64,000 nt of DNA from NCBI GenBank assembly GCA_019338205.1, contig GCA_019338205.1_4761.1; one strand, 5' to 3'. The notes below the pieces were generated by a model. That model made no database searches, was not told where the DNA came from, and worked only from the letters and a program-made list of their open reading frames with translations. A program made the translations under genes and the position numbers. The DNA comes from a phage. Shown piece after piece: positions 36,675-45,747 of the stretch; within the stretch, counting starts at the first letter, position 1; each line of letters starts with the position of its first letter.

Positions 36675-38783
36675 ATGAAAATGCATATTGATAATGAAGA
36701 AGTATTTGGCAGTGACTTGAGCGGTGCGGTTGATTTTTCACTGAAAGCAAGTAGCAAGGCTTTTATGGTGCTTTCTAAGAACACTTATCAATATTGTGAG
36801 CGTGCTTGCGTCCGTGAGTATTCGTGCAATGCTACCGACACTCACAAAGAAGCCGGAACCTTAGATCGTCCGTTTGATATTCATTTACCGACTGCAATCG
36901 AACCGTATTTTTCTGTGCGTGATTATGGTACGGGTATTCCGTCTAAGAAAGAATTAGAACAACTGTTTACGGTTTACTTTGAATCAACAAAAGACCAGAC
37001 TAATGATTATATCGGATCTTTTGGTTTAGGTGCGAAGTCTGCTTATAGCTATACTGACAACTTTACAATCGTAAACTACTACAATGGTCGCGCTTATGGC
37101 TTTACTGCATTTGTGCAAAACTCTATGCCGAAAATGGTGCAGATTTTCGACGAACCGACCTATGAAGACAACGGTCTGAAAATCACTATTCCGGTGAAAG
37201 AAAAAGACATTCAGACATGGCATCGAGAAGCACAATTTGTACTTCGTCATTTTGGGGAACACAAACCTAATATCAATGCAATCGAAATTAATTATTTCCC
37301 TAGCTTTGATAATTATTATGTTTGCAATGGGCGTGATAACGATTCCTATGTAGTATATGCAATCATGGGTAAGATCCAGTATCCGATCCCGTATGAATAT
37401 GTTCGCGGAACATGGTTAGAAGCTGTAAACCGCCAGCACCAGACCATTTACATTAATTTTGAGTTGGGTGATCTGGACCTGATGCCATCGCGTGAAGAAG
37501 TTCACTTGTCAATTGAGACTAAAGCGAACATCGAAAAACGCATTGCAGAAATCAATGAAATGATGTTGGAAAAGGTTAAAGAAAAGATCGCCAACATTAA
37601 AACAGAGCGTAAACTTGCTCAATTTATGAGCGAGTATTCATCGACGCAACGCAATATTATTAGCAAGATGGGTAAGATCGGACAATGGGACGATCCGGTA
37701 GCAATCTATAATAAGTTTGTGAATGCGGGTAAAGATTCGCCTAATGACGTAGAAGGTCAGGTGTATACTCTGTATCGTACTCGTCACACAATCAGTAAAT
37801 TGCGCCCTGCTTTCGTTAGCAGTCAATACAACATTACGCATTTTGTATGGATGCATAAAGAAGATATTATGTGTCTTATTGATGATACCGATAAACCGAA
37901 ACTGCGTGCACTGACTCTTAACGGCATGGTCCAGGAATACGGCATCAATAAAAAGGTACTTGTGTTCCGTCAGCGCAACGAAAAACATATGGAGACTTTC
38001 GAGTACATCAAACAGTATTATGATGATTCTGAAATGACCGTGATTAAAGTGTCTGAGGCCGATGATCTGCGTGCTAAAGCAGTTAAACCGGAGAAGACCG
38101 AGCGTACACAACGTGAAGCGACTCCTAAGCTGCCTAACGTGTATATTATGGAAAAGATTGGTGACAGTTGGCATAAAACCAGCCATCACATGAAAGCGGC
38201 AGAGATTCGCGAGTTATCAGGCTTGCACATGTTCCGCGTGGGTGATGCATTCGAAAGCCGTAGCCGTCAATCGATCTATAATGAAAATACATTACACACG
38301 GCGCTTGACTACTTCGGGGTAACAAAGTATATTATTACACGTAACGAGACACAAAAATATCTCGTTGACGAACAATTGGAATGTGCGCTAGAATTTGTTC
38401 GCGGTAAGCTGGCTGGTCTGGCTAAGAAGGTTAAGACCAATCATCTGGGGTATGGCGAATATCTGGGTGTGATCACTATGTTGTTTCATGACGATGAATT
38501 AGAACGCTGTATTCCAGAATTTATTGACAGACTGTACGGTCGTCATTATAATAAAGAGGTTTCCAAGTTACTCCTTCGTACTCGTTGGATTATGGACGAA
38601 GAAACTAAAAAGATCTGTGATGAAAAATTCACGGCAGCAAACGAACGAATTAAAGCAGTTTGTGCGAAGTTTAAAGAGAATAGCCCGTTACTGTATGATA
38701 TTGTAGATAACTGGTATCGTATTCTGCATAACGACAAACGCGCACAAGACTTTATGAAACTGGTTAAGAATGTTAAATTTTAA
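36675..38783 (+). CDS. rIIA: RIIA protein (GHKL ATPase-like, lysis inhibition / membrane integrity)
   Basis: 702 aa; DYGTGIP and DYIGSFGLGAKSAYSYTDNFTIVNYYNG match the remembered T4 RIIA ATPase-like core. Confidence 0.88.
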   Translation: MKMHIDNEEVFGSDLSGAVDFSLKASSKAFMVLSKNTYQYCERACVREYSCNATDTHKEAGTLDRPFDIHLPTAIEPYFSVRDYGTGIPSKKELEQLFTVYFESTKDQTNDYIGSFGLGAKSAYSYTDNFTIVNYYNGRAYGFTAFVQNSMPKMVQIFDEPTYEDNGLKITIPVKEKDIQTWHREAQFVLRHFGEHKPNINAIEINYFPSFDNYYVCNGRDNDSYVVYAIMGKIQYPIPYEYVRGTWLEAVNRQHQTIYINFELGDLDLMPSREEVHLSIETKANIEKRIAEINEMMLEKVKEKIANIKTERKLAQFMSEYSSTQRNIISKMGKIGQWDDPVAIYNKFVNAGKDSPNDVEGQVYTLYRTRHTISKLRPAFVSSQYNITHFVWMHKEDIMCLIDDTDKPKLRALTLNGMVQEYGINKKVLVFRQRNEKHMETFEYIKQYYDDSEMTVIKVSEADDLRAKAVKPEKTERTQREATPKLPNVYIMEKIGDSWHKTSHHMKAAEIRELSGLHMFRVGDAFESRSRQSIYNENTLHTALDYFGVTKYIITRNETQKYLVDEQLECALEFVRGKLAGLAKKVKTNHLGYGEYLGVITMLFHDDELERCIPEFIDRLYGRHYNKEVSKLLLRTRWIMDEETKKICDEKFTAANERIKAVCAKFKENSPLLYDIVDNWYRILHNDKRAQDFMKLVKNVKF

Positions 38784-38793
38784 GAGGTGATAT

Positions 38794-38919
38794 TATGACT
38801 AAACTGACCGCTATCCAGAAAGAAACCATCCGTAAACAATACGCTCGCGGCTTGACTAAAGGCGAACTGGCACGAATCTATAATGTATCAGACCGCACAA
38901 TCCGCAAGGTTGTCGAAGC
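38794..38919 (+). CDS. small helix-turn-helix protein (about 41 aa) paralogous to the RIIB N-terminus, not on the ORF track
   Basis: hand translation MTKLTAIQKETIRKQYARGLTKGELARIYNVSDRTIRKVVEAK; strong RBS AAGAGGTGATATT; coordinates approximate. Confidence 0.45.
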
Positions 38920-38988
38920 AAAATAATTCTGGTATAATGATGTGAATCGGGCGGCGATAGTCGCCCAACTAATAGAGGAATGAATACT

Positions 38989-39981
38989 ATGACTAAAGCA
39001 AAAATCACCGTCTCTGACCGTAACGTTCAATGCCTGGATTCTGAAAAACAAATCAAACTGGCTAAACAGTGGGGCGAAGGTAAGTTTACTACCCGCGAAG
39101 CACTTGCGGCAGCATTTGGGGTATCTCGTCGTACTGCCTCCCGTGTATTACTGATTCAGAAAGACGCAGTAGCGGAAGGTCGCAAGGCACTAGAAAAACG
39201 TAAAGCACGCCGTAAAACCAGTAAAGGAAAAGGCGGTGAACGCGCAAAAAAGCCCGTGACTACTTCCTCAAAAATCGTAGCAATAGCCTCAACTAAGTTT
39301 ATTACTATTACATGTGGTGACATTGTTTATACTGCTGATCCGTCGCATGTTAACTTTAATGAAGCACTGGAAGCGATTAAACATAATGATTTCATCAAAG
39401 CTATTACGCTGATTGACATTAAGAAAGCGGTTGAAGTATATTATCACGGCGCTTTCCGTATCGAAAATGGTATTGTGTATTATCATAATATTGTTCTTGA
39501 TAATAATCTGACTCGTCGAGTTGTGGAGTCGATTAAAGAGAATAAGCCATATACGCACTATCTGAACTTCTTTGAGAAGTGCAAGAAAAACCCTAGCCGT
39601 AAGGCCGTAGATCGTCTATTTGACTTCTTAGAGCACAACGACATTGAGATCGTGGAAGATGGTTGTTTCTATGCATGGAAACGTGTTGATGTTGATTATA
39701 AAGATTTCTTTACGCATACGTTTGATAATAGCCCAGGTCGCACGGTTAAAATGAAGCGTAAAGACGTGGACCCAGATGATGATCGCACTTGCTCTAATGG
39801 CCTCCACGTTGCAGCGAAACACTATATTCCGCACTATGGCGGTGGACGAGGCCGAATCATTAAATGTAAAGTTGATCCGCGTCACGTTGTAAGTATCCCG
39901 AAAGATTATGCGAATGCCAAAATGCGCTGTCATCGTTACTATGTGGTTGAAGATGTAACCGAAGGTTTTAGCCATTACTAA
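38989..39981 (+). CDS. rIIB: RIIB protein
   Basis: RLFDFLEHNDIEIVEDGCFYAWKRV...CSNGLHV...KVDPRHVVSIPKDYANAKMRCHRYYVVEDVTEGF matches remembered T4 RIIB; start taken at second ATG. Confidence 0.9.
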   Translation: MTKAKITVSDRNVQCLDSEKQIKLAKQWGEGKFTTREALAAAFGVSRRTASRVLLIQKDAVAEGRKALEKRKARRKTSKGKGGERAKKPVTTSSKIVAIASTKFITITCGDIVYTADPSHVNFNEALEAIKHNDFIKAITLIDIKKAVEVYYHGAFRIENGIVYYHNIVLDNNLTRRVVESIKENKPYTHYLNFFEKCKKNPSRKAVDRLFDFLEHNDIEIVEDGCFYAWKRVDVDYKDFFTHTFDNSPGRTVKMKRKDVDPDDDRTCSNGLHVAAKHYIPHYGGGRGRIIKCKVDPRHVVSIPKDYANAKMRCHRYYVVEDVTEGFSHY

Positions 39982-39995
39982 CAGAGGAATTAATT

Positions 39996-40313
39996 ATGGT
40001 TGATATGAAAGTTACTTGCGAAAGTGCACATGTTGAAGTAGAACAGGTAGCATATCCATCTCGACGCGTTACGGTGACTTTAGACGATGTGGATCTGGCT
40101 AATAATGTTACCGTTGAAGATATCGTTAATGAGTATGATCATAGCGAACTGCTAGATGCAATCCCTGAACATGTTGTTATTCAGCACGTAGTAAGCAATA
40201 ATGATCCATCGACTTTCATTAAAGAATATGGCGCTGATGAAATGCTCGATGAAATTGGTGAAAAGATTGTTATTGCATGGCTTGAAAACAACGGCTATAC
40301 TGTAGAACAATAA
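39996..40313 (+). CDS. hypothetical acidic protein
   Basis: 105 aa, strongly acidic; AGAGGAATTAATT leader. Confidence 0.6.
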   Translation: MVDMKVTCESAHVEVEQVAYPSRRVTVTLDDVDLANNVTVEDIVNEYDHSELLDAIPEHVVIQHVVSNNDPSTFIKEYGADEMLDEIGEKIVIAWLENNGYTVEQ

Positions 40314-40318
40314 TAAAC

Positions 40319-40343
40319 ATAGGCCGCGCAAAGCGGCCTTTCT
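40319..40343 (+). terminator. rho-independent terminator
   Basis: AGGCCGC-GCAAA-GCGGCCT hairpin followed by TTCTT. Confidence 0.6.
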
Positions 40344-40358
40344 TAGAGGGAATACATT

Positions 40359-40652
40359 ATGACGGTCACGATTATTACCAAATACGACGACGAAAATGTG
40401 ATTTACGGTGATGTGGTTGTTGTTCACGGTCGTAGCATGAAAGTTACTGGTAATTGTAAAGATGGTGCTATTATTTGCGGTGAATTGGTGAGAACCGTCA
40501 ATCCTATCACCGACGAACAAAAGCGAGTCATTATCAGAAAACTTAAAGACAGTGGATATTGTAACGTTGTGGTGATTCAGGAAAAATTTGAAGTAGGCCA
40601 CTTATACACAAATCAGAAAACAATTCCGGTATCAATGGTTAAAGGCGGTTAA
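40359..40652 (+). CDS. hypothetical protein
   Basis: 97 aa; GAGGGAATACATT leader. Confidence 0.6.
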   Translation: MTVTIITKYDDENVIYGDVVVVHGRSMKVTGNCKDGAIICGELVRTVNPITDEQKRVIIRKLKDSGYCNVVVIQEKFEVGHLYTNQKTIPVSMVKGG

Positions 40653-40654
40653 TA

Positions 40655-41017
40655 ATGCTAGGTCATTCTAAAATAGAAGATTGCTCATTCAGAGCAATGA
40701 AAGATGATTTTTCGGTCCTGTACGCGTCTATCCGAGAGTTGTTTGTAGATTTTAAGCAATTCAGAGAATACAAAGGCGTTAAGATGCGGGAGTGGGTATT
40801 CTGGCCTTTCTATATCATTACTCTGTTTTCTATGGTATTTTGTTTTGTCGGGATCACTATCGCTAGCTTTGTTACTTGCGTTTTCTTGATTATCCGGTGT
40901 ATCATGTTTGCTTTGATTGCTGCCCCGTTTATTGTGTCAATCCTTCCGTTAAAATGGCTATTGGATTGGGCTGATAAATCTGATAAAGTAAAGAATGTGA
41001 TTTGTAAGCGTGTATGA
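40655..41017 (+). CDS. predicted integral membrane protein
   Basis: 120 aa with two or three hydrophobic helices (FYIITLFSMVFCFVGITIASFV, IMFALIAAPFIVSILPL); adjacent to gp52. Confidence 0.6.
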   Translation: MLGHSKIEDCSFRAMKDDFSVLYASIRELFVDFKQFREYKGVKMREWVFWPFYIITLFSMVFCFVGITIASFVTCVFLIIRCIMFALIAAPFIVSILPLKWLLDWADKSDKVKNVICKRV

Positions 41018-41024
41018 GGTGAAG

Positions 41025-42371
41025 ATGAATAAATCAGTTACTTACCGCAGCCTTGAAAGCATTGTACATAATGAAGCTAAGGAATATGCGATCTATTCCG
41101 CCGAGGAACGCGGTATTCCTCAATTAGTAGATGGTCTTAAACCAGTGCAACGCTTTGTTATGGAATGCGCTTTGCAAAAGAGTAAAGGCGACCGTAAGAA
41201 ATTCCGTAAGATGGCAGATATTGGATCTGGTGTTGCTGAGTTGGGTTATCACCACGGGGAAACTAATGCCGTAGAAGCCGGATCACTCATGGCGAATACA
41301 TGGAGCAATAATACTCCACTGCTTGACGGTCAAGGTAACTTCGGATCGCGTTTAGTCCAGAAAGCGGGTGCGGCACGTTATATTTTTGCTCGTGTGCATG
41401 AAAACTTCTTTAAAATCTATAAAGATATGAATTGCGCACCTAAGCACGAAGATCTGGAACACATCCCGCCAGCGTTCTACTTGCCAGTTGTGCCAATGGT
41501 ATTGGCTAATGGTATTAGTGGTATTGCTACAGGGTATAAAACTGACATTTTACCGCATTCACTGGAAAGCCTCATTGAATGCACAGAGCTAGCACTTGCC
41601 GGAAAACTGGATAAAGAACCTAGTGTTCAATTCCCGAAATTCACGGGTAAAGTTATCCCGCGAGATGATCGCGATGGTGTGATTCTTGAGGGTACATATG
41701 AACTAAACGGCAAGACTAAGCTGACAATATCAGAAGTTCCTTATAAGTTCGACCGTGAAGAATATGTAGCGGTACTGGATGCACTGGAAGAAAAAGATCT
41801 GATTGTATCGTATAATGACCGTTGCTCTAAGGATGGATTCAGATTTGAAGTAACACTGAAACGCGATTATTTCAAAAGCGAAGATGAATCCGCTCGACAT
41901 GAGCAAATCATGAAGGATTTTAAACTAACACAGTTAGTAGCCCAGAATATCGTAGTGGTTAATGAACGTGGTTTAGTAGAAGTATTCGAGAAAGCGAGCG
42001 ATCTGATCCGTCGATTCGTCGAAATCCGATTAGGGTATGTCGATAAGCGCATTGAATTGATGCAAGCGGAAACGCTGGAAGCATACAATTATGCAATGGC
42101 TAAAGCCGAATTTATCGATCGCGTAATTAAGGGCGAAATCGAGCTACAGGGAAAGAAAAAGGCCGAGGTAATGCAATCCATCAATGGACATGAAAAACTG
42201 CGTCCATACGCCGATAAGCTAGTTTCTATGCCATTGTATAGCGTTACTCAAGAAGAGTATGATCGACTGGTCAAAGATGCCGAGAAACATCATAGTGAAT
42301 ATGAGTATTGGACAAAGACGACCGCAATGAAGGAATATAAGAAAGATCTTAAAGAACTTAAGAAGGGTTGA
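41025..42371 (+). CDS. 52: DNA topoisomerase II medium subunit gp52 (GyrA-like)
   Basis: PVQRFV, GYHHGE, DGQGNFGS, RYIFAR with active-site Tyr region; matches remembered T4 gp52. Confidence 0.93.
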   Translation: MNKSVTYRSLESIVHNEAKEYAIYSAEERGIPQLVDGLKPVQRFVMECALQKSKGDRKKFRKMADIGSGVAELGYHHGETNAVEAGSLMANTWSNNTPLLDGQGNFGSRLVQKAGAARYIFARVHENFFKIYKDMNCAPKHEDLEHIPPAFYLPVVPMVLANGISGIATGYKTDILPHSLESLIECTELALAGKLDKEPSVQFPKFTGKVIPRDDRDGVILEGTYELNGKTKLTISEVPYKFDREEYVAVLDALEEKDLIVSYNDRCSKDGFRFEVTLKRDYFKSEDESARHEQIMKDFKLTQLVAQNIVVVNERGLVEVFEKASDLIRRFVEIRLGYVDKRIELMQAETLEAYNYAMAKAEFIDRVIKGEIELQGKKKAEVMQSINGHEKLRPYADKLVSMPLYSVTQEEYDRLVKDAEKHHSEYEYWTKTTAMKEYKKDLKELKKG

Positions 42372-42577
42372 TTATGAAAGAATATCCAGAAGGCGGTTAT
42401 GTGGCTTTCGTGTACAACAATAAAAAGATTGTGCCAATGGTCGTTGAGACTATGGAAGAAGCCAACCGGATCACTATTGAATCTCTGAATAAGTTAGCAG
42501 AGATAACAAACACACCAGAACACAGAGCAACGATAGACTATTTGATGAAAGAATTTTTGGAGGGAAAGTATGACTGA
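42368..42577 (+). CDS. hypothetical protein
   Basis: 69 aa; ATGA overlap with gp52. Confidence 0.55.
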   Translation: MIMKEYPEGGYVAFVYNNKKIVPMVVETMEEANRITIESLNKLAEITNTPEHRATIDYLMKEFLEGKYD

Positions 42578-42965
42578 ACGACGCATTACTTCAAATGGTT
42601 TGGGTACTCATCATGCCTGGATGGTTGACCCAGACAAAAATCCTTATAAACTTTACGATACAACGATTAAACCGTGGAATAATGGCGTATGGAAAACACC
42701 ACCCACAACAGCACCTATTATGACTGATCCGCAACCGATTAGCCCTATGGCGGAACCAGTACAGATTAAGCCGTTACCTTACCAGATAACAACGAATAGC
42801 ATCGCCAACAAACAAGAAAATGATATTGATATGATCTACGAGATGATTAAACTTTGGCGTGATGTTTATCTGGGCGTTCTCTGCAACACAGATAAAAGTG
42901 CACATGCGGCAGCGGTACTGGCATCTCATGCGGTAGACGAAGCCAAAAAGAAATTTAGTAAGTAA
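42570..42965 (+). CDS. hypothetical protein
   Basis: 131 aa. Confidence 0.55.
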   Translation: MTERRITSNGLGTHHAWMVDPDKNPYKLYDTTIKPWNNGVWKTPPTTAPIMTDPQPISPMAEPVQIKPLPYQITTNSIANKQENDIDMIYEMIKLWRDVYLGVLCNTDKSAHAAAVLASHAVDEAKKKFSK

Positions 42966-42974
42966 CTGATTATT

Positions 42975-43006
42975 AAGCCGATCCTTGTGGTCGGCTTTTT
43001 TATTTT
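42975..43006 (+). terminator. rho-independent terminator
   Basis: AAGCCGATCCTTGTGGTCGGCTT hairpin followed by TTTTTTATTTT. Confidence 0.75.
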
Positions 43007-43015
43007 AAAAAGTTG

Positions 43016-43044
43016 TTGACTTCACGAATCCAGCCTCGCATAAT
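43016..43044 (+). promoter_or_regulatory. sigma70-type early promoter with conserved ATAATACAC.CATACCAA leader
   Basis: TTGACT 43016-43021, 17-nt spacer, CATAAT 43039-43044. Confidence 0.55.
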
Positions 43045-43075
43045 ACACACATACCAAACAAAAGGAGAATCAAAG

Positions 43076-43348
43076 ATGAGCAACGAAAACAGCAAAGTGT
43101 TAGCAATTGCAAATAAAGTAGGTTACTGGAAATGCTGGGATGATATGGAGAAATTAGGCGGTCGCTATCTCGATAACTTAGAGTTGCATTATTGCCAAGC
43201 GCGTAATGCAGAAGTTGCGGGAGTAGCAATCGAAGATATTCCGTCTAAGGTCTTCGGATTCTCTAAAGATGATACTTTAGAATATGTTTTCAAGGCTGTT
43301 ATGGATCAAGCATGGGAAGACGCAGAGACACGCGCTCTTGATTGGTGA
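43076..43348 (+). CDS. hypothetical protein
   Basis: ATG 43076 after AAAGGAGAATCAAAG; 90 aa. Confidence 0.6.
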   Translation: MSNENSKVLAIANKVGYWKCWDDMEKLGGRYLDNLELHYCQARNAEVAGVAIEDIPSKVFGFSKDDTLEYVFKAVMDQAWEDAETRALDW

Positions 43349-43352
43349 TAAT

Positions 43353-43514
43353 ATGAACTGGTATAAAATTTGGAAAAATCAGGTGGAGGCTTATCTAGGG
43401 TATAAGCCCACCGACGAAGAATTACTTGAAGCAATGTACGAAGACGGACTAAATCCGAAAGTAGCCGCGCAAGAATACGCGGAATGGGTGAAGGTCGAAA
43501 ATAATTTAAAATAG
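43353..43514 (+). CDS. small hypothetical protein (53 aa)
   Basis: track ORF 43284..43514 trimmed to ATG 43353. Confidence 0.45.
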   Translation: MNWYKIWKNQVEAYLGYKPTDEELLEAMYEDGLNPKVAAQEYAEWVKVENNLK

Positions 43515-43517
43515 TTG

Positions 43518-43546
43518 TTGACGTAAAGAAACGGGAGTAGTAATAT
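43518..43546 (+). promoter_or_regulatory. PeSL-like early promoter
   Basis: TTGACG 43518-43523, TAATAT 43541-43546, GGGAGTA/TACTCCC inverted repeat. Confidence 0.55.
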
Positions 43547-43578
43547 ACTCCCATACCAAACGAAAGAAGGAGAATCAC

Positions 43579-43791
43579 ATGAAATCTAGTGAGCAAGTAG
43601 TGACTGAATTTATGAGCTACGAAGGAAACCGCATCTTTGGACGTTCTCAAGTTCGCGAGATCGTAGAAGAAGTTGCGGGAGAGTTTGCGGAATCTGGTCA
43701 CGTTATCACGCAAGAACGTAAAGAAGAAGCAGTAAGCCAGATCATGGCTATGCAGAAAATGCGTATTAATGCACGAGCGGGTAAAAATTAA
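43579..43791 (+). CDS. hypothetical protein
   Basis: 70 aa; GAAGGAGAATCAC leader. Confidence 0.6.
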   Translation: MKSSEQVVTEFMSYEGNRIFGRSQVREIVEEVAGEFAESGHVITQERKEEAVSQIMAMQKMRINARAGKN

Positions 43792-43801
43792 AAAATAGTT
43801 G

Positions 43802-43830
43802 TTGACAGGGGATCGGCGATCCCCTATACT
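43802..43830 (+). promoter_or_regulatory. PeSL-like early promoter
   Basis: TTGACA 43802-43807, palindrome GGGGATC-GGC-GATCCCC in the spacer, TATACT 43825-43830. Confidence 0.55.
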
Positions 43831-43861
43831 AAACTCATCAAGACAACGAAGGAGAATCAAA

Positions 43862-44017
43862 ATGAAACATACTCACAAATTAATGGTTAAATTTTAAGGC
43901 GCTAAAGGATATGAACGTTACGGTGTATTCTTCTCTGAGGATGATGCATGGAATGCTGGTCTGGCAACGTTCGCCGAGCACAACAACATTGAAGACTTTA
44001 CTGTAGAAGAAATTTAA
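43862..44017 (+). pseudogene. small ORF interrupted by an in-frame TAA after codon 11 (nonsense allele or readthrough candidate)
   Basis: ATG 43862 with AAGGAGAATCAAA RBS; MKHTHKLMVKF, then TAA at about 43895-43897, then 39 further in-frame sense codons to a stop at about 44015-44017. Confidence 0.4.
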
Positions 44018-44024
44018 AAAGTAG

Positions 44025-44053
44025 TTGACACCGGATTAAGGGAGTAGTAAGAT
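44025..44053 (+). promoter_or_regulatory. PeSL-like early promoter
   Basis: TTGACA 44025-44030, TAAGAT 44048-44053, GGGAGTA/TACTCCC inverted repeat. Confidence 0.55.
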
Positions 44054-44087
44054 ACTCCCATCAAGACAAAACACTGAGGAATATATT

Positions 44088-44846
44088 ATGAAAAACATTA
44101 TCGCTGCTATCGTTCTTTCTGCTACTGCTTTCGGTGCTAACGCTGCGTCCTTTGATTGCGCTAAAGCTACTACCAAATCAGAGAAGTTTATTTGTGCTAA
44201 TGAGTCTATCTCCGCACTGGACTCTAAACTTCATGAAGTGTATGTTAAGGCTGTTAAGATTGATCCGTCTCTGAAACAAGAGCAACGAAACTGGAATAAA
44301 ACTGTTCGTGATACAATGATCAATATCGGGCAGATTCAGCCACTGGAGGCTGTATACAACGCTCAAATCCAAAACTTGATGAATGTATTACCTAAAGAAG
44401 AAACCGCGTCAGAAAGCGATTCAGAGACTTCTGCGAAGGTTGAAGAAGAACAACCGAAACAGGAAGCAAAAGTGGTAGAAGAACCGAAGGTCGAAACTTT
44501 TACCTATCAATGCACTGTTCGCTATGAGTGGAGTATTAAAGATGGAATTTCTACCAAAATTAAAGAAGCGCCACTGTATGCCAAATATGGAAATCAACCA
44601 GGAGATCTTAAAGTAACCATTAAAAATGGGAAGATGGTTGATTTTGTATACATTGATGAATACAACGTACACAAAGCAAACGTACAAGAAACCGTTATGA
44701 CTAAAGGCGGGTTTTATAAGAATGTTGGCAAGAAAGATCTATATGAATACTCCGTTTTCGAACCAAACGACGGAACTATTCGATTTGAAAAACGTCATCC
44801 TACATTCGGTGGAGCAATTGATGTAGATCAATACGTTTGCAAGTAA
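44088..44846 (+). CDS. secreted protein with LprI/DUF1311-like N-terminal domain
   Basis: signal peptide MKNIIAAIVLSATAFGANA; SFDCAKATTKSEKFIC...LDSKL..VY...QRNW...RD pattern typical of DUF1311; acidic linker; 252 aa. Confidence 0.7.
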   Translation: MKNIIAAIVLSATAFGANAASFDCAKATTKSEKFICANESISALDSKLHEVYVKAVKIDPSLKQEQRNWNKTVRDTMINIGQIQPLEAVYNAQIQNLMNVLPKEETASESDSETSAKVEEEQPKQEAKVVEEPKVETFTYQCTVRYEWSIKDGISTKIKEAPLYAKYGNQPGDLKVTIKNGKMVDFVYIDEYNVHKANVQETVMTKGGFYKNVGKKDLYEYSVFEPNDGTIRFEKRHPTFGGAIDVDQYVCK

Positions 44847-44857
44847 GAGGTTAAATT

Positions 44858-45145
44858 ATGCAATTCAATAACATGAAGATTACAAAAGATTGGTGGAAGG
44901 CGATGCAAGATACTCCAGAAACCAAATTGAATGAGACCACAACAACAATACAAGTTGATTACGAAGATCCGAAAGACATATACAGAGAGATTTTAATCAG
45001 AGAGCTTATAAAAGCTGGAAACTATCAAACACCAGATGGCCTTATTGACATGATGGTTAAAGGTCTGTATAGTGGTAAAAATCCAGATATTTTACCGTGG
45101 TACGAGGGATATTTTAAAACATATCGTGACCACAACCGAAAATAA
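44858..45145 (+). CDS. hypothetical protein
   Basis: 95 aa. Confidence 0.55.
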   Translation: MQFNNMKITKDWWKAMQDTPETKLNETTTTIQVDYEDPKDIYREILIRELIKAGNYQTPDGLIDMMVKGLYSGKNPDILPWYEGYFKTYRDHNRK

Positions 45146-45168
45146 GTTGTTGACGTGAGGATTATATT

Positions 45169-45360
45169 ATGGTAATTTTTAATCGTGATGGTATCATAGT
45201 TCGGCAACATCCATTCCTTGAATACTATCAGGTTGAACAATGGGGATATGGGGATTGCTCGCGCTCATACGGTCAAAGCTGGGGATACCGTACAGTTTTT
45301 GAATCAACTAATATTGACAAAATACGACAGAAAGTTTTAGAACTTCTGAACGATAAGTGA
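45169..45360 (+). CDS. hypothetical protein
   Basis: 63 aa; GAGGATTATATTATG leader directly after a TTGACG remnant. Confidence 0.5.
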   Translation: MVIFNRDGIIVRQHPFLEYYQVEQWGYGDCSRSYGQSWGYRTVFESTNIDKIRQKVLELLNDK

Positions 45361-45370
45361 GGATTGCATC

Positions 45371-45739
45371 ATGGAAATTCAAAACAATTACGAAAAATGT
45401 GTTATTATCAATGATCTGCAACGTCAATTGCATCATTACGAAACCGATTATAAAACATCAACAAAAACCGGAAAGTTGAAAGTGTGGGAAGTCTGGTATA
45501 ACCGAAACTATCTGGGAAGCATCCACAAACTTGATCGCAGTGATGTTTATACAATGCATGTAGGCGCTTGTGGTGAATCGGATGTAGCATCTAATTTCAT
45601 GGAAGCACTTGCATTCTATGTAGAATATCTGGTAGACTATATCGAGTTGGAAGAGGAAGTGGTAGAATTGCTTCCTCCACCGGAAGAAGCGCCGGAAGCA
45701 ACGATCCTGAAAGCATTAAAGAAAATCTTTGTTAAGTGA
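45371..45739 (+). CDS. hypothetical protein
   Basis: 122 aa. Confidence 0.55.
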   Translation: MEIQNNYEKCVIINDLQRQLHHYETDYKTSTKTGKLKVWEVWYNRNYLGSIHKLDRSDVYTMHVGACGESDVASNFMEALAFYVEYLVDYIELEEEVVELLPPPEEAPEATILKALKKIFVK

Positions 45740-45747
45740 GGTGAACT

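Noticed and set aside
37638-38189. Minus-strand 183-aa ORF inside rIIA
   Set aside because: Antisense to rIIA and without a plausible RBS.
43306-43860. Minus-strand 184-aa ORF spanning three plus-strand small genes and two promoters
   Set aside because: It crosses plus-strand promoters, RBS sites and ORFs that have far better signals; chance frame.
45145-45180. Promoter at the TTGACG upstream of ORF 45169
   Set aside because: The start codon is only about 15 nt downstream of the -35-like hexamer, leaving no room for a -10; it looks like a remnant of a promoter cassette.
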